Shown piece by piece: positions 30,397 to 40,390 of a DNA stretch of 64,000 bases; the stretch's first letter is position 1; each line of letters begins with the position of its first letter. Origin of the DNA: Candidatus Methanomethylicia archaeon (GTDB taxonomy: Archaea; Thermoproteota; Methanomethylicia; Culexarchaeales; Culexarchaeaceae); assembly GCA_038727515.1 (NCBI GenBank), contig JAVYVS010000001.1, positions 384,001 to 448,000 on the forward strand, read 5' to 3'. A program made the translations under genes and the position numbers. The notes under the pieces were generated by a model. The model worked only from the letters and a program-made list of their open reading frames with translations. It did not search any database and was not told the origin of the DNA.

Positions 30397-30648
30397 TTAT
30401 GACTTTGATTTTAGCTTTTTAGCCAACTCCTTAATCTTTCTCCTATTAACCATACATGAATATGCAACATATATTTCAATGAAAACAAAAATTACGCCAA
30501 GAACTATATGTATGTGGAAAGCTAAAATCATAAACCAAAAAAGTATACAAAATAAAAATAGATATGAAATACATTTAAATTTTAAATTTTCCAGTTTTCG
30601 TCTTTCCTCCAATGTATTATCATTATTCAATGTAATCAACTGTAACAA
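30397..30648 (-). CDS. Small two-TM hypothetical protein
   Basis: Two hydrophobic segments and a basic tail. Confidence 0.5.
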   Translation of the reverse strand: MLQLITLNNDNTLEERRKLENLKFKCISYLFLFCILFWFMILAFHIHIVLGVIFVFIEIYVAYSCMVNRRKIKELAKKLKSKS

Positions 30649-30726
30649 TTATATTGCCTTCTTCAATTCTAAAAATTTTCTATTAATTACCTAAATTTTA
30701 AATTTAAAATTCTAATAGATGATTAT

Positions 30727-31500
30727 ATGAATCGAAAAATTTGGATTCAAGAAATGACTTGGAAAGAGGTTGAAGAAGCTTTATCTGAAGGTAGAGATGT
30801 AATTATCATACCCATTGGTAGCATTGAGCAACATGGTTACCACTTACCATTAGGATCCGATACATATGTTGCCATAGCTTTAGCTGAAGATGCTGCATTA
30901 AAAACTGGAGCTTTAATAACTCCTCCAATATGGTTTGGTTGGAGTCCACATCACATGGCTTTACCTGGAACAATAAATATAAGACCTGAAGTACTAATTG
31001 AATTCCTACACGATATTTTAACTTCATTAATAAAACATGGATTTAGAAAATTTGTAATTATAAATGGTCATAGGATAGTTAATATTCCATGGATACAAAT
31101 AACAGCAGAAAAAGTTCAAAGAGAATATAATGTTAAAATATCTATCTTCGATCCAGCTTACATGAGTAAGGAAATTGCAGATAAACTTGGTTTTGGACCT
31201 ATTGGTCATGCAGAAGAAATAGAGACATCCCATATATTATTTAAATTTCCAGATTTAACAAGTATGGAAAAAGCTAAAGATTATATTCCAATGGAAAGAA
31301 AACTCTACCATATAGATCCGCGATCAAACAAGGATACGCTCTGCTACATTCCAAGTAGGAAGGAGGATATTGAAAGGATAAGGGATATTTCTGGTGGAGC
31401 TATTGGTAACCCAACAAAGGCCTCTCAAGAAAAGGGCAAAGTCTACCATGAACACCTACTCTTAAGACTAATAGAAGTCATAGAAACATTAAAAAGTTAG
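30727..31500 (+). CDS. Creatininase-family amidohydrolase
   Basis: GSIEQHGxHLPLGSD, GWSPHH, NGH, HAxxxETS motifs. Confidence 0.88.
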   Translation: MNRKIWIQEMTWKEVEEALSEGRDVIIIPIGSIEQHGYHLPLGSDTYVAIALAEDAALKTGALITPPIWFGWSPHHMALPGTINIRPEVLIEFLHDILTSLIKHGFRKFVIINGHRIVNIPWIQITAEKVQREYNVKISIFDPAYMSKEIADKLGFGPIGHAEEIETSHILFKFPDLTSMEKAKDYIPMERKLYHIDPRSNKDTLCYIPSRKEDIERIRDISGGAIGNPTKASQEKGKVYHEHLLLRLIEVIETLKS

Positions 31501-31608
31501 GATGATCTTTCATATGAAATATAAATTAAATTTATAATTTCTTTACTGCAATAGCTAATATTTCATTTGATATTATGTGGTATTCATTTTTCTCCTCAAT
31601 GAAAACCT

Positions 31609-31746
31609 GTGGCGGCGGAAGGAACTTTTAGCTGATAAACCTATGAGGTGGAGAGAGTTAAAGATGGCTCTAGAATTTAGTGAAAAAGAGGTTTAGGTTT
31701 GGGAAAGGAAGGTTATTATTTGATTTAAAGTTCCTTCAGCCGCCAC
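31609..31746. mobile_element. MITE-like element with 20-bp terminal inverted repeats
   Basis: GTGGCGGCGGAAGGAACTTT (31609-31628) vs AAAGTTCCTTCAGCCGCCAC (31727-31746): 19/20 complementary; no ORF inside; no clear target-site duplication. Confidence 0.65.
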
Positions 31747-31784
31747 GCTGTAGCTTCCATCTTAAATGGATATGTCGTATAGTA

Positions 31785-31973
31785 TTATGTGTGTCTTGTG
31801 CGGTCATAGCAGTATTCCGTTTCAAAGTTTGTTAGAAAAGTTTTGACACAGTCCTTGCAACGCACTTCTTTGAACATGCTGTCTTTTACTGGCTGGACAG
31901 CTTTTAAGGATTCTGCTGCTTCTTGGGCGCAGGGGTAGGGGCGTTTTACTCCGAAATAGTTTCGGTTTGTCAT
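31785..31973 (-). CDS. Small Cys-containing protein at the end of the ars-like operon (possibly decayed Zn finger)
   Basis: ATG immediately after the permease stop; CKDC...CYD(R). Confidence 0.45.
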   Translation of the reverse strand: MTNRNYFGVKRPYPCAQEAAESLKAVQPVKDSMFKEVRCKDCVKTFLTNFETEYCYDRTRHT

Positions 31974-31975
31974 GG

Positions 31976-33034
31976 CTATAGAGACCCGCTTAAAAAGCCG
32001 TATAGTAGTCCAAAGGTTACGCTTCCAGCCCAAGCGATTATCACGTATGTGGCTACAATCTTCCATTTGACTATTCTTGAAACAGCCATAGCGTTGGCAA
32101 AATCATAGGGCTGCCCCATAAGCCAACTTAACAAAGCGCCTTTTGACATACCCTTACTCCATAACTCTTGCCCCAATGCAATTTCAACAAGGGTTGGCGT
32201 ATACAATGGACCGCCGAGAATCGACGCTATCAAAACGCCAGTAACACCTGTTAAGTATGCTTCAACAATCTCCTCCGAGATGAACGCTGAAAGATAGCCC
32301 ACCACTATAAGCCCTATGATGAAGGATGGAAGAATCTGTTTTGCTAAGTACCCCGCAAATTTAAGCGCTGCCCAAAGCCTCTCGTCTAAAGGAGGCTTAA
32401 CAATTTCTATCTTCGCCGAAATCACAGCGGAATTGGCTACTTGAAACTCTTTTTCGATGGCTTTGCCCCACGACGTTTGGGAAATGATTAAACCTGCAAT
32501 TAAGGCTACAGCCGCGGATACTATTATGCGCACTCCAGCCATTTCCCATGAAATCATTTCGCCAGTCATTAGAATTGTTAAGATGTTTGCCGCTGGCGCC
32601 ATCAGAAGGAATGTAATTGCGGGCCCTATTCCGGCCCCAGCGTATAACACTCCGCTGAAAAGTGGAACCATTGTACATGAACAAACGGTTAGGAAAGGCG
32701 CCATTCCAAGAGCTAATCCATATCCGACAGCCTTCCCCCTTCCCATATATTTTGTCATCGTTTCCTTTGGTACAAACTCATAGATTAGTCCAGCGACGCT
32801 GAACGCGAAGAGGAGGCATATCCAGGCATGGCTGAAATAGTCGGCGATATATAACGCTGGAATAGCTAAGTACACGAGTGGTGTTTCCCATAAGCCCAAC
32901 GCGTCCAATTTGTCCTTGAACGTTTCCTTTGTAGGCCTAGCTGTGACTCGACTATAGATTAGTAAGCCTATAACTATGATAAAGAAGGCTAGCAGAATGC
33001 TGGTTCTAATAATCCTCTTTGTTTTTTCTTCCAT
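31976..33034 (-). CDS. DUF318/ArsP-family permease
   Basis: TVCSCTMVP motif, FLLMAP, multiple TM segments; operon with thioredoxin-like gene, divergent from ArsR. Confidence 0.85.
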   Translation of the reverse strand: MEEKTKRIIRTSILLAFFIIVIGLLIYSRVTARPTKETFKDKLDALGLWETPLVYLAIPALYIADYFSHAWICLLFAFSVAGLIYEFVPKETMTKYMGRGKAVGYGLALGMAPFLTVCSCTMVPLFSGVLYAGAGIGPAITFLLMAPAANILTILMTGEMISWEMAGVRIIVSAAVALIAGLIISQTSWGKAIEKEFQVANSAVISAKIEIVKPPLDERLWAALKFAGYLAKQILPSFIIGLIVVGYLSAFISEEIVEAYLTGVTGVLIASILGGPLYTPTLVEIALGQELWSKGMSKGALLSWLMGQPYDFANAMAVSRIVKWKIVATYVIIAWAGSVTFGLLYGFLSGSL

Positions 33035-33052
33035 AATATTTTTTTCGCCCCT

Positions 33053-33325
33053 TTACTTGACTGCTTCCCTTATCAGCTTTTCAACTTCTTCCGAGCTTGG
33101 AACCCGCCCTATGATTTTTACTGTGTTGTTTATGGCTATGGCTGGCGAAACTAATACGCCGTATTTTTGAACTATTTCCTTTGACATTATGTTGGCTTTT
33201 TCAATACTCACTATAACGCCAGCCTGCCTAAGCTTTTCAGCAGCTTTTTCCACGGCTTTTTTTGCTGCTTGGCACCGCATGCATGACGGTTCCGGTCCGA
33301 TGACTTCTACTTTGACTTCTTTCAT
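33053..33325 (-). CDS. Small thioredoxin-like redox protein
   Basis: CMRC, YGVLVSPAIAIN, GRVP motifs. Confidence 0.88.
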   Translation of the reverse strand: MKEVKVEVIGPEPSCMRCQAAKKAVEKAAEKLRQAGVIVSIEKANIMSKEIVQKYGVLVSPAIAINNTVKIIGRVPSSEEVEKLIREAVK

Positions 33326-33353
33326 GCCTTTTCATCTCGTAGATTAGTGAGAG

Positions 33354-33379
33354 TATAGCAATATTTAAATATTGTTATA
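33354..33379. promoter_or_regulatory. Probable ArsR operator palindrome
   Basis: TATAGCAATATTT|AAATATTGTTATA, 12/13 symmetric, between divergent arsR and trx-permease genes. Confidence 0.7.
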
Positions 33380-33405
33380 GAGTTGTTTTAAACGTGCATC
33401 CAATA

Positions 33406-33717
33406 ATGAAAAACATTGACAAGTTTAGGGCTAAGGTCTTCAACGCACTTGCTGACCCTGTTAGACTTAAGATTCTCGAGTTCTTACGTGGTGGCGAGCG
33501 GTGTGTATGCGAAATCGTTCTCTATGTAGGTGTAGCTCAGCCGCTGGTTTCTAGGCACTTGGCAATCTTAAAGCGATGCGGACTTGTAAAGGACAGAAAA
33601 GAGGGAAACAAGCGTTTCTACTCGGTGACTAGTCCGGCTGTTTTCAGATTGATTGATGCTGTTGACGCAGATTTTGTGAATGCACTTGTGAGGCACGTTG
33701 TTGAGCAAATAGTTTAG
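33406..33717 (+). CDS. arsR: ArsR/SmtB transcriptional regulator
   Basis: FNALADPVRLKIL, ERCVCEI metal site, SRHLAILK helix-turn-helix. Confidence 0.9.
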   Translation: MKNIDKFRAKVFNALADPVRLKILEFLRGGERCVCEIVLYVGVAQPLVSRHLAILKRCGLVKDRKEGNKRFYSVTSPAVFRLIDAVDADFVNALVRHVVEQIV

Positions 33718-33822
33718 GGAAAAGTGAAACCCGAGATGGTTATGAAGGTTGAACTTTCACGGCTAAACCGCCACGTGCGGGTTGCCTAAAACTGCTGGAA
33801 TATGCGGATTTAATTACGGTGT

Positions 33823-36800
33823 TTACCATAATTTAAAAAATACTTTTTCCATATATTGATTTAAAGATATTATTTTCGGTTTGTTTAATATACTCCAACT
33901 TATCACCTTTAGTAATGCATATGCACCTTCTAATGTTGTCATTATTGGAATTCCAAGTTCTACAGCCTTCCTCCTTATAACGTATTCATCTTGAAGCATT
34001 TCAAAATATTTGTTTAAAGTTAGAGATGATGGTATATTTACGATTAAATCTATTTCATGATTTAATAATGCATCCATAATGTTCGGCTTTCTACTGGGCT
34101 CTTTAACTTTATATAGGATTTTAACATCTTTGAATCCTTTCTCCATTAAGAATTCCGCTGTATGTTCTGTAGCATAAATGTTGAAACCTAAATTCTTAAA
34201 TGCTTTTGCTATTGGTAGAATCTTTTCCTTCAATTCTAAACCACCAACAGTTATCAATATGTTACTCCCATTTCTCGGTATTTTGAAGCCAGCTGAAAGT
34301 AAAGCTTTGTAAAGTGCTTCTGGAAGTGATTCACCTAAACATGCAACTTCACCAGTAGATCTCATTTCAACCCCAAGTATTGGATCTGCACCTTCAAGCT
34401 GCATAAAGGAGAACTGTGGAACCTTTACTCCAACAATCATAGTGGAAGTTTCATTTGGAATATCCAAAGGTATCTTTTCACCCATAATTGGATATGATGC
34501 AATTTTCATTAAGTTTATAGCTTTTACCTTTGATGTAAAAGGCATAGACCTTGATGCTCTAAGATTACATTCTATGACATATACAATTCCATTTTTAACT
34601 AAGAATTGAATGTTAAAGGGACCTTTAATCCTAAGATTTTTCGCTATGAGCTTTGTATATTCAATTATTTTCCTAATGGTTTCTTGATCTATGCTTTGTG
34701 GAGGTATAACCATCATAGCATCTCCAGAATGTATTCCAGCATGTTCTATGTGCTCTATTACTGCTCCTATAATAGTGTTTTCACCATCAGATACTGCATC
34801 AACTTCAACTTCAATTGCTTCTTCAATAAATTTACTTATGACAACGGGATGCTCTGGACTTACATTTGTAGCATTCATGAGGAAATCCCTCAATTGATTT
34901 GTAGTCCAAGCAATCCTCATCGCAGCACCACTTAAAACATATGATGGTCTAACTAAAACTGGATAACCTATTTCTCTAGCAAATTTTTCAGCTTCTTCAA
35001 TAGATTCAAATTTAGCCCATGGAGGTTGAGGTATACCCAGTTCATCTAATAATTTACTAAACTTCTCTCTATCTTCAGCTCTATCCACATCAACCCCCGA
35101 AGTGCCTAAAATCCTTATACCAAGTTTTTCAAGTTTTAGTGCAAGATTATTTGGTATCTGACCACCAACACATGTTACAACACCAATGGGATTCTCCTTT
35201 AAACATATATCCATAACCCTCTCCACAGTGAGCTCCTCAAAATATAGTTTGTCACTCATATCATAATCTGTAGATACAGTTTCAGGATTACAATTCACCA
35301 CTATAACTTCATCAACCCCCCTCTCCTTTAAAGACCAAACCATATTCATAGTACACCAATCAAATTCTACAGAACTACCGATCCTATAAGTTCCAGATCC
35401 TAAAACCACAACTTTACTAATATTACGTTTAAAATCAATATCATCTTCATCACCACCATAAGTAACATACAAATAATTTGTTTGAGCAGGCCATTCAGCA
35501 GCTAAAGTATCTATTTGTTTAACTACTGGAATAATCCCCTTCCTATACCTAAAATTCCTAATATCATCTTCACTTAATCCAAGAAGTGATGCAATTTGCT
35601 TATCGGAAAAACCAAGTTTCTTTGCCTCCCTTATAACATTTATACAATCATCTAAAGGTTTACCCCTAAGAGATTTTAAACGATCCTCCATAACCACAAT
35701 ATTCCTAATCTTTTCAATAAACCAAGCATCAATATAAGTTAACTTAGATATTTCATCAACAGTAAAACCAGCTTTTAAGGCTGCAGCTATATCAAAGAAT
35801 ATTTCATCAGTAGGTTCCCTAAGTCTATTTTCAAGGAGACTTCTATCAGTAATATTACTTGAAGTTAAACCATATCTACCAATATCAAGCATTCTAATAG
35901 CCTTCTGAAGAACTTCTTCAAAACATCTACCTATAGCCATAACTTCACCAACAGATTTCATTTGAGTACCAAGCCTCCTATCAATACCATCAAACTTCTG
36001 GAAATCCCATCTTGGAAACTTCAATACAATATAATCTAATGCAGGTTCAAAACATGCAGTTGTCTTATTAGTGACCTTATTTATAAGTTCATGAAGCCTA
36101 TAACCAAGAGCTAATTTAGCAGCCATATAAGCAAGTGGATAACCAGTAGCTTTAGAAGCTAATGCTGAACTCCTAGACATTCTAGGATTCATCTCTATAA
36201 TATAGAAAGCTTCAGATTTTGGATCTAAAGCCAATTGAACATTACATTCACCAATTATTTGAAGTGTATCAGCAGCTTTAATAGATGCAGATCTCAAAAT
36301 ATGGTACTCCCTATTGCTCAATGTTTGTGAAGGTGCAACAACAATATTATCACCAGTATGAACCCTCATACCCAAAATATTCTCCATATTACAAACAGTT
36401 ACACTATTACCATAGTAATCCCTCATAACTTCATACTCAATTTGCTTCCAAGATGATATACATTCCTCAATTAATACTTGACCAATCATACTGTGTGCAA
36501 GACCCCTCCTAACGATCTCCTCAAGTTCATTTCTATTCCTAGCAACACCAGAAGCTTTACCACCAAGGGTATATGCCACTCTAACCATAACTGGAAATCC
36601 AATTTCCCTAGCATATTCAATAGCTTCATCAACAGTATAAGCAGCTTTACTATTAGGCATAGGTAAACCAGCAGATTCCATAGCCTTCTTAAATAGAAGT
36701 CTATCAGAACACTTCTTTATACTTTCAATAGGAGTTCCAAGAATTTTAACTCCATATTTATCCAGTATACCCATATCATATAATTTAACACCACAATTAA

Positions 36801-37083
36801 GAGCTGTTTGACCACCAAAACCAAGCATTATACCATCAGGTCTCTCTTCCTCAATAACTTCAGCAACAAACTCTGGTAAAACAGGCAAAAGATAAACTCT
36901 ACCAGAAAGCTTAGGATCAGTTTGAATAGTAGCAACATTGGGATTAACAAGAATAGTTTCAATACCCTCCTCTCTAATAGCTTTAAGAGCCTGAGAACCA
37001 CTATAATCAAATTCTCCAGCTTCACCAATCTTAATAGCACCAGAACCAAGAACTAAAACTTTCCTAATATTCTCCTTAATCAT
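33823..37083 (-). CDS. carB: Carbamoyl-phosphate synthase large subunit
   Basis: GSGAIKIGEAGEFDYSGSQA, NPRMSRSSALASKATG, NCNPETVSTDYD; two ATP-grasp halves plus MGS domain. Confidence 0.97.
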   Translation of the reverse strand: MIKENIRKVLVLGSGAIKIGEAGEFDYSGSQALKAIREEGIETILVNPNVATIQTDPKLSGRVYLLPVLPEFVAEVIEEERPDGIMLGFGGQTALNCGVKLYDMGILDKYGVKILGTPIESIKKCSDRLLFKKAMESAGLPMPNSKAAYTVDEAIEYAREIGFPVMVRVAYTLGGKASGVARNRNELEEIVRRGLAHSMIGQVLIEECISSWKQIEYEVMRDYYGNSVTVCNMENILGMRVHTGDNIVVAPSQTLSNREYHILRSASIKAADTLQIIGECNVQLALDPKSEAFYIIEMNPRMSRSSALASKATGYPLAYMAAKLALGYRLHELINKVTNKTTACFEPALDYIVLKFPRWDFQKFDGIDRRLGTQMKSVGEVMAIGRCFEEVLQKAIRMLDIGRYGLTSSNITDRSLLENRLREPTDEIFFDIAAALKAGFTVDEISKLTYIDAWFIEKIRNIVVMEDRLKSLRGKPLDDCINVIREAKKLGFSDKQIASLLGLSEDDIRNFRYRKGIIPVVKQIDTLAAEWPAQTNYLYVTYGGDEDDIDFKRNISKVVVLGSGTYRIGSSVEFDWCTMNMVWSLKERGVDEVIVVNCNPETVSTDYDMSDKLYFEELTVERVMDICLKENPIGVVTCVGGQIPNNLALKLEKLGIRILGTSGVDVDRAEDREKFSKLLDELGIPQPPWAKFESIEEAEKFAREIGYPVLVRPSYVLSGAAMRIAWTTNQLRDFLMNATNVSPEHPVVISKFIEEAIEVEVDAVSDGENTIIGAVIEHIEHAGIHSGDAMMVIPPQSIDQETIRKIIEYTKLIAKNLRIKGPFNIQFLVKNGIVYVIECNLRASRSMPFTSKVKAINLMKIASYPIMGEKIPLDIPNETSTMIVGVKVPQFSFMQLEGADPILGVEMRSTGEVACLGESLPEALYKALLSAGFKIPRNGSNILITVGGLELKEKILPIAKAFKNLGFNIYATEHTAEFLMEKGFKDVKILYKVKEPSRKPNIMDALLNHEIDLIVNIPSSLTLNKYFEMLQDEYVIRRKAVELGIPIMTTLEGAYALLKVISWSILNKPKIISLNQYMEKVFFKLW

Positions 37084-38210
37084 ACCCTATTCAACTCCAT
37101 CAATTCAATAAACATATCAAAAACAAAACTAGCATCATAAGGTCCGGGAGAAGCTTCAGGATGAAATTGAACTGAAATCAAAGGCTTCTTAGAATGCTTC
37201 AAACCTTCAATAGTTTTATCATCAGCATTCAACCACCAAACAATTAAACCAGAACCATCAAGTGAATCTTCTCTAATAGCAAAACCATGATTTTGACTAG
37301 TAACATAACATCTATTAAAATCGAGATTTATACATGGCTTATTCTGACCTCTATGACCATATTTAAGTTTAAATGTTGAAGCTCCAAGAGCAAGACCAAT
37401 CATTTGATTCCCAAGGCAAATACCAAGTATTGGAATACCAATTTCAATAAGCCCATGAATACATTTAATAGTTTCAACATTAACCTCAGGATTCCCAGGA
37501 CCATTACTAATAACAACACCCTTAGGATCAAAACTAAGTATTTTATCAACACCATAATCCCTAGGAACTCTAACAACTCTTAAACCCCTATATAATAGAC
37601 TTCTAATAATACCATATTTAACACCACAATCGATAACCACAACCGTAGGACCATTATTCTCATAAACCACTGGCTTTTCAATTGTAACTTCACCCACGAG
37701 ATCCAGCATATCATATCTCGGAGCCTTTTCAATTAATGAGAAAAGTGATTCAACATCTATGTCACCCTCTGAAACTTGAAGTACACCAAGCATAACACCC
37801 TTGGATCTAAGCTTCTTAGTAAGCATTCTAGTATCAATACCATAAATACCGGGAATACCTTCATTAAAAAGCCATTCATGAAGACTCATACCACAAGACC
37901 AATGACTAGGTCTTTCACATAATTCATGAACAATAACTCCAAGTACATGAGGTTTATCAGATTCAAAATTTATAGGAATACCCCAACTATCCTTTAAATC
38001 AAATCTTGGAACACCATAATTACCAATTAATGGATAAGTAAAACATAAAATCTGACCACGATAAGATGGATCAGTTATAGATTCAGGGTAACCAACCATA
38101 CCAGTAGTAAAAACAACTTCACCAACAACAGTCTTAGGAAAACCAAAACCCCTACCATAGAAGATAGAACCATCCTCTAAAACTAGAACAGCATTAAGAC
38201 TACCCACCAT
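37080..38210 (-). CDS. carA: Carbamoyl-phosphate synthase small subunit
   Basis: GEVVFTTGM.GY, SNGPGNP, GICLG, HPEA.PGP motifs. Confidence 0.97.
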   Translation of the reverse strand: MVGSLNAVLVLEDGSIFYGRGFGFPKTVVGEVVFTTGMVGYPESITDPSYRGQILCFTYPLIGNYGVPRFDLKDSWGIPINFESDKPHVLGVIVHELCERPSHWSCGMSLHEWLFNEGIPGIYGIDTRMLTKKLRSKGVMLGVLQVSEGDIDVESLFSLIEKAPRYDMLDLVGEVTIEKPVVYENNGPTVVVIDCGVKYGIIRSLLYRGLRVVRVPRDYGVDKILSFDPKGVVISNGPGNPEVNVETIKCIHGLIEIGIPILGICLGNQMIGLALGASTFKLKYGHRGQNKPCINLDFNRCYVTSQNHGFAIREDSLDGSGLIVWWLNADDKTIEGLKHSKKPLISVQFHPEASPGPYDASFVFDMFIELMELNRV

Positions 38211-38530
38211 AATACCTACAAAAACCCTTCACACCATTTATGTAAGGGATATATAAGATTTTTGAGAAATATGATATATAAAACCATGAGAAATGTTACA
38301 ATTAAAACAGACAATCTAAATAGAATGCAAAATATTGATATGGAGAGGTATATAAGTACCATTAAAAATCGAATACGGAAATATAAAGTATCCAATACTA
38401 GAATTTAAAATCTCCAACTAAACACGTAAATCCACCCTTTACTCAATACGCTTCCAGATACAAAACATCTTATAACGTAGTGGAATTATTGAAGGAGTTA
38501 TAGTCCTATAGAAAAGGTAATCTATAGTCT

Positions 38531-39112
38531 TTATCTCGAAATCCTTGAAGCATCAATTAACCTTCTTATGGTGATAGACGTTAATCTAGTTATGATCTCT
38601 ACCGTTGGAAGATAGTTTATTATGGTTTCATCAAACATAACATTACTTGATGGAGATACCTCCTCATCTCCACCCCAAACAATCAACACTATTGGAACCC
38701 TTGGGAGAGAATATATTTTTATTGAAGCATCACCTAAATCTAATACTTCATGTTTAAAGAATCTCGCTGCTGAAAACAATAAACTCAAATTATAACCGAA
38801 GGTTGATTCAAAATTCTTAAGAACCTCCCTCCCAAGCGTAGGGCAGGGTCCAATAATCTTAGATAAATCCATGAATGTTATGAGCCTACCAGATAAACCA
38901 ATATCATTGGATGTTAAAGAATAATTATGTAAAATAAAGTATAGTGGCAATCGCTCCTTAAACTCCAATTTCCTATTCAAAATCTCATCAAAAACCTCTC
39001 CATTTGAAAGGGATAATCTAAAACCTAGAAAATGAAGTTCATCAACATCTTCAAAACCCAATCTTCCACGGAGAGATCTAATACTATCCTTAACCCTATC
39101 CCAATTCCACAA
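38531..39112 (-). CDS. DUF3786-like hypothetical protein
   Basis: ILHNY, GDAS, LPRVPI.LIVWGGDEE, FD pattern typical of DUF3786. Confidence 0.65.
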   Translation of the reverse strand: MWNWDRVKDSIRSLRGRLGFEDVDELHFLGFRLSLSNGEVFDEILNRKLEFKERLPLYFILHNYSLTSNDIGLSGRLITFMDLSKIIGPCPTLGREVLKNFESTFGYNLSLLFSAARFFKHEVLDLGDASIKIYSLPRVPIVLIVWGGDEEVSPSSNVMFDETIINYLPTVEIITRLTSITIRRLIDASRISR

Positions 39113-39265
39113 TTCCTCAGGACCCTTAGTCCAAATAATTATTCACCATAAAACTATATACATAAAAAACACCTATAAACATTATCAGGATAAAGAAGCT
39201 GAACAAATCAAATAAATATTTGACAAGAAATTTATACAAAAAAGAGTAAAGTATAATTCATAATA

Positions 39266-39973
39266 TTGGTGTTTAAGTTGGAAGAGTTTTGGCAAGGTAG
39301 AGATTGGAAGATGAAAGTTTTATATTCTAAAGCTGGAGTTGCAACGCAAATACTAGTATCCACAATTAAATATGATTTACTCATAGATGTAGGGGATGGT
39401 ATTTTAAGAGATTTACTTGAGGAAAACTACGATTTCAATAAATTAGAAGCTATAATCATAACCCATGGACACTACGATCACATGGGAGGCTTATGGACAT
39501 TACTGGGATTCCTCAGAATGCTTGGAAGGAAGAAGAATCTAAAGATAATTGCACCAAAGAATTGTATTGAAGTTAAAAGTTTAATTGAAAATTTCATAAA
39601 AATATATGGGAAAACAATACCATATGAGATTATTTTAATCGAAGTTTCAGATGGAGAAGAGATAATTATTGGAGAAACAGTCATTCAAGCATTCTCAGTT
39701 ATACATAGAGGATCAATTAGACATTTAGGGGTATTGGAACCCATACCAGCACTTGGATACTCAATAAGGTATGGAGATCAAAGAATAGTTGTGAGTGGCG
39801 ATACAGGGTTATGTGAAAATCTAATAAAATACGTTGAAAATGCAGATCTCGCATTAATTGAAGCTACAATCAAAGAAAAAAGTTTGGAAACCTCAGAAGT
39901 ACATCTATCCATAGATGAAGCTATAAGTATTGGAAGCAAAGCTAAAAAGTTCATTCTAATACATAAAAGATGA
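39266..39973 (+). CDS. MBL-fold metallohydrolase (short RNase Z-like)
   Basis: DVGDG, HGHYDH, SGDT, EAT, HL motifs. Confidence 0.8.
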   Translation: MVFKLEEFWQGRDWKMKVLYSKAGVATQILVSTIKYDLLIDVGDGILRDLLEENYDFNKLEAIIITHGHYDHMGGLWTLLGFLRMLGRKKNLKIIAPKNCIEVKSLIENFIKIYGKTIPYEIILIEVSDGEEIIIGETVIQAFSVIHRGSIRHLGVLEPIPALGYSIRYGDQRIVVSGDTGLCENLIKYVENADLALIEATIKEKSLETSEVHLSIDEAISIGSKAKKFILIHKR

Positions 39974-40390
39974 TATAATGAAAATCAACCAGATGAATTC
40001 CATCAACCACATAAAAATAAATTCCCAAAATATATGAGTAAACCCTTTTCATTCCATAACATTAAAGTAAGCATATGAATAATATTATCTCCCAACAATA
40101 CTGCCTCCAACCATATAAAAGAGTAGAAGAACTTTACACTCAAAAATCTTGTAATGATGACATAAAATGCAAATTGAAGTAAAGACTAGTAGGATCATAT
40201 TTAATATCGATATGAAGAAATCCTCCTTAACATCCATGTTTACTCCATTGAATAAATATTAGCGTATTTTATGATCTAGTTAGAATTTCAATATTGTTTT
40301 TCACATACTTTTAAATCCTCTGAAGATAATTTTAATTATATAAATTCACAAATATGTGTTTAGAAAAATAAAGAAGTGGGGATGTAATTA

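Noticed and set aside
29965-33814. 10-bp direct repeat CGGATTTAAT (29965 and 33805) as att sites bounding the variable region
   Set aside because: Short and AT-rich enough to occur by chance; no integrase or tRNA nearby, and the GC shift starts at 31.6 kb rather than 30 kb.
39980-40237. Possible frameshifted small membrane gene on the minus strand
   Set aside because: Only short hydrophobic fragments with no recognisable family; T-rich DNA yields such peptides by chance.
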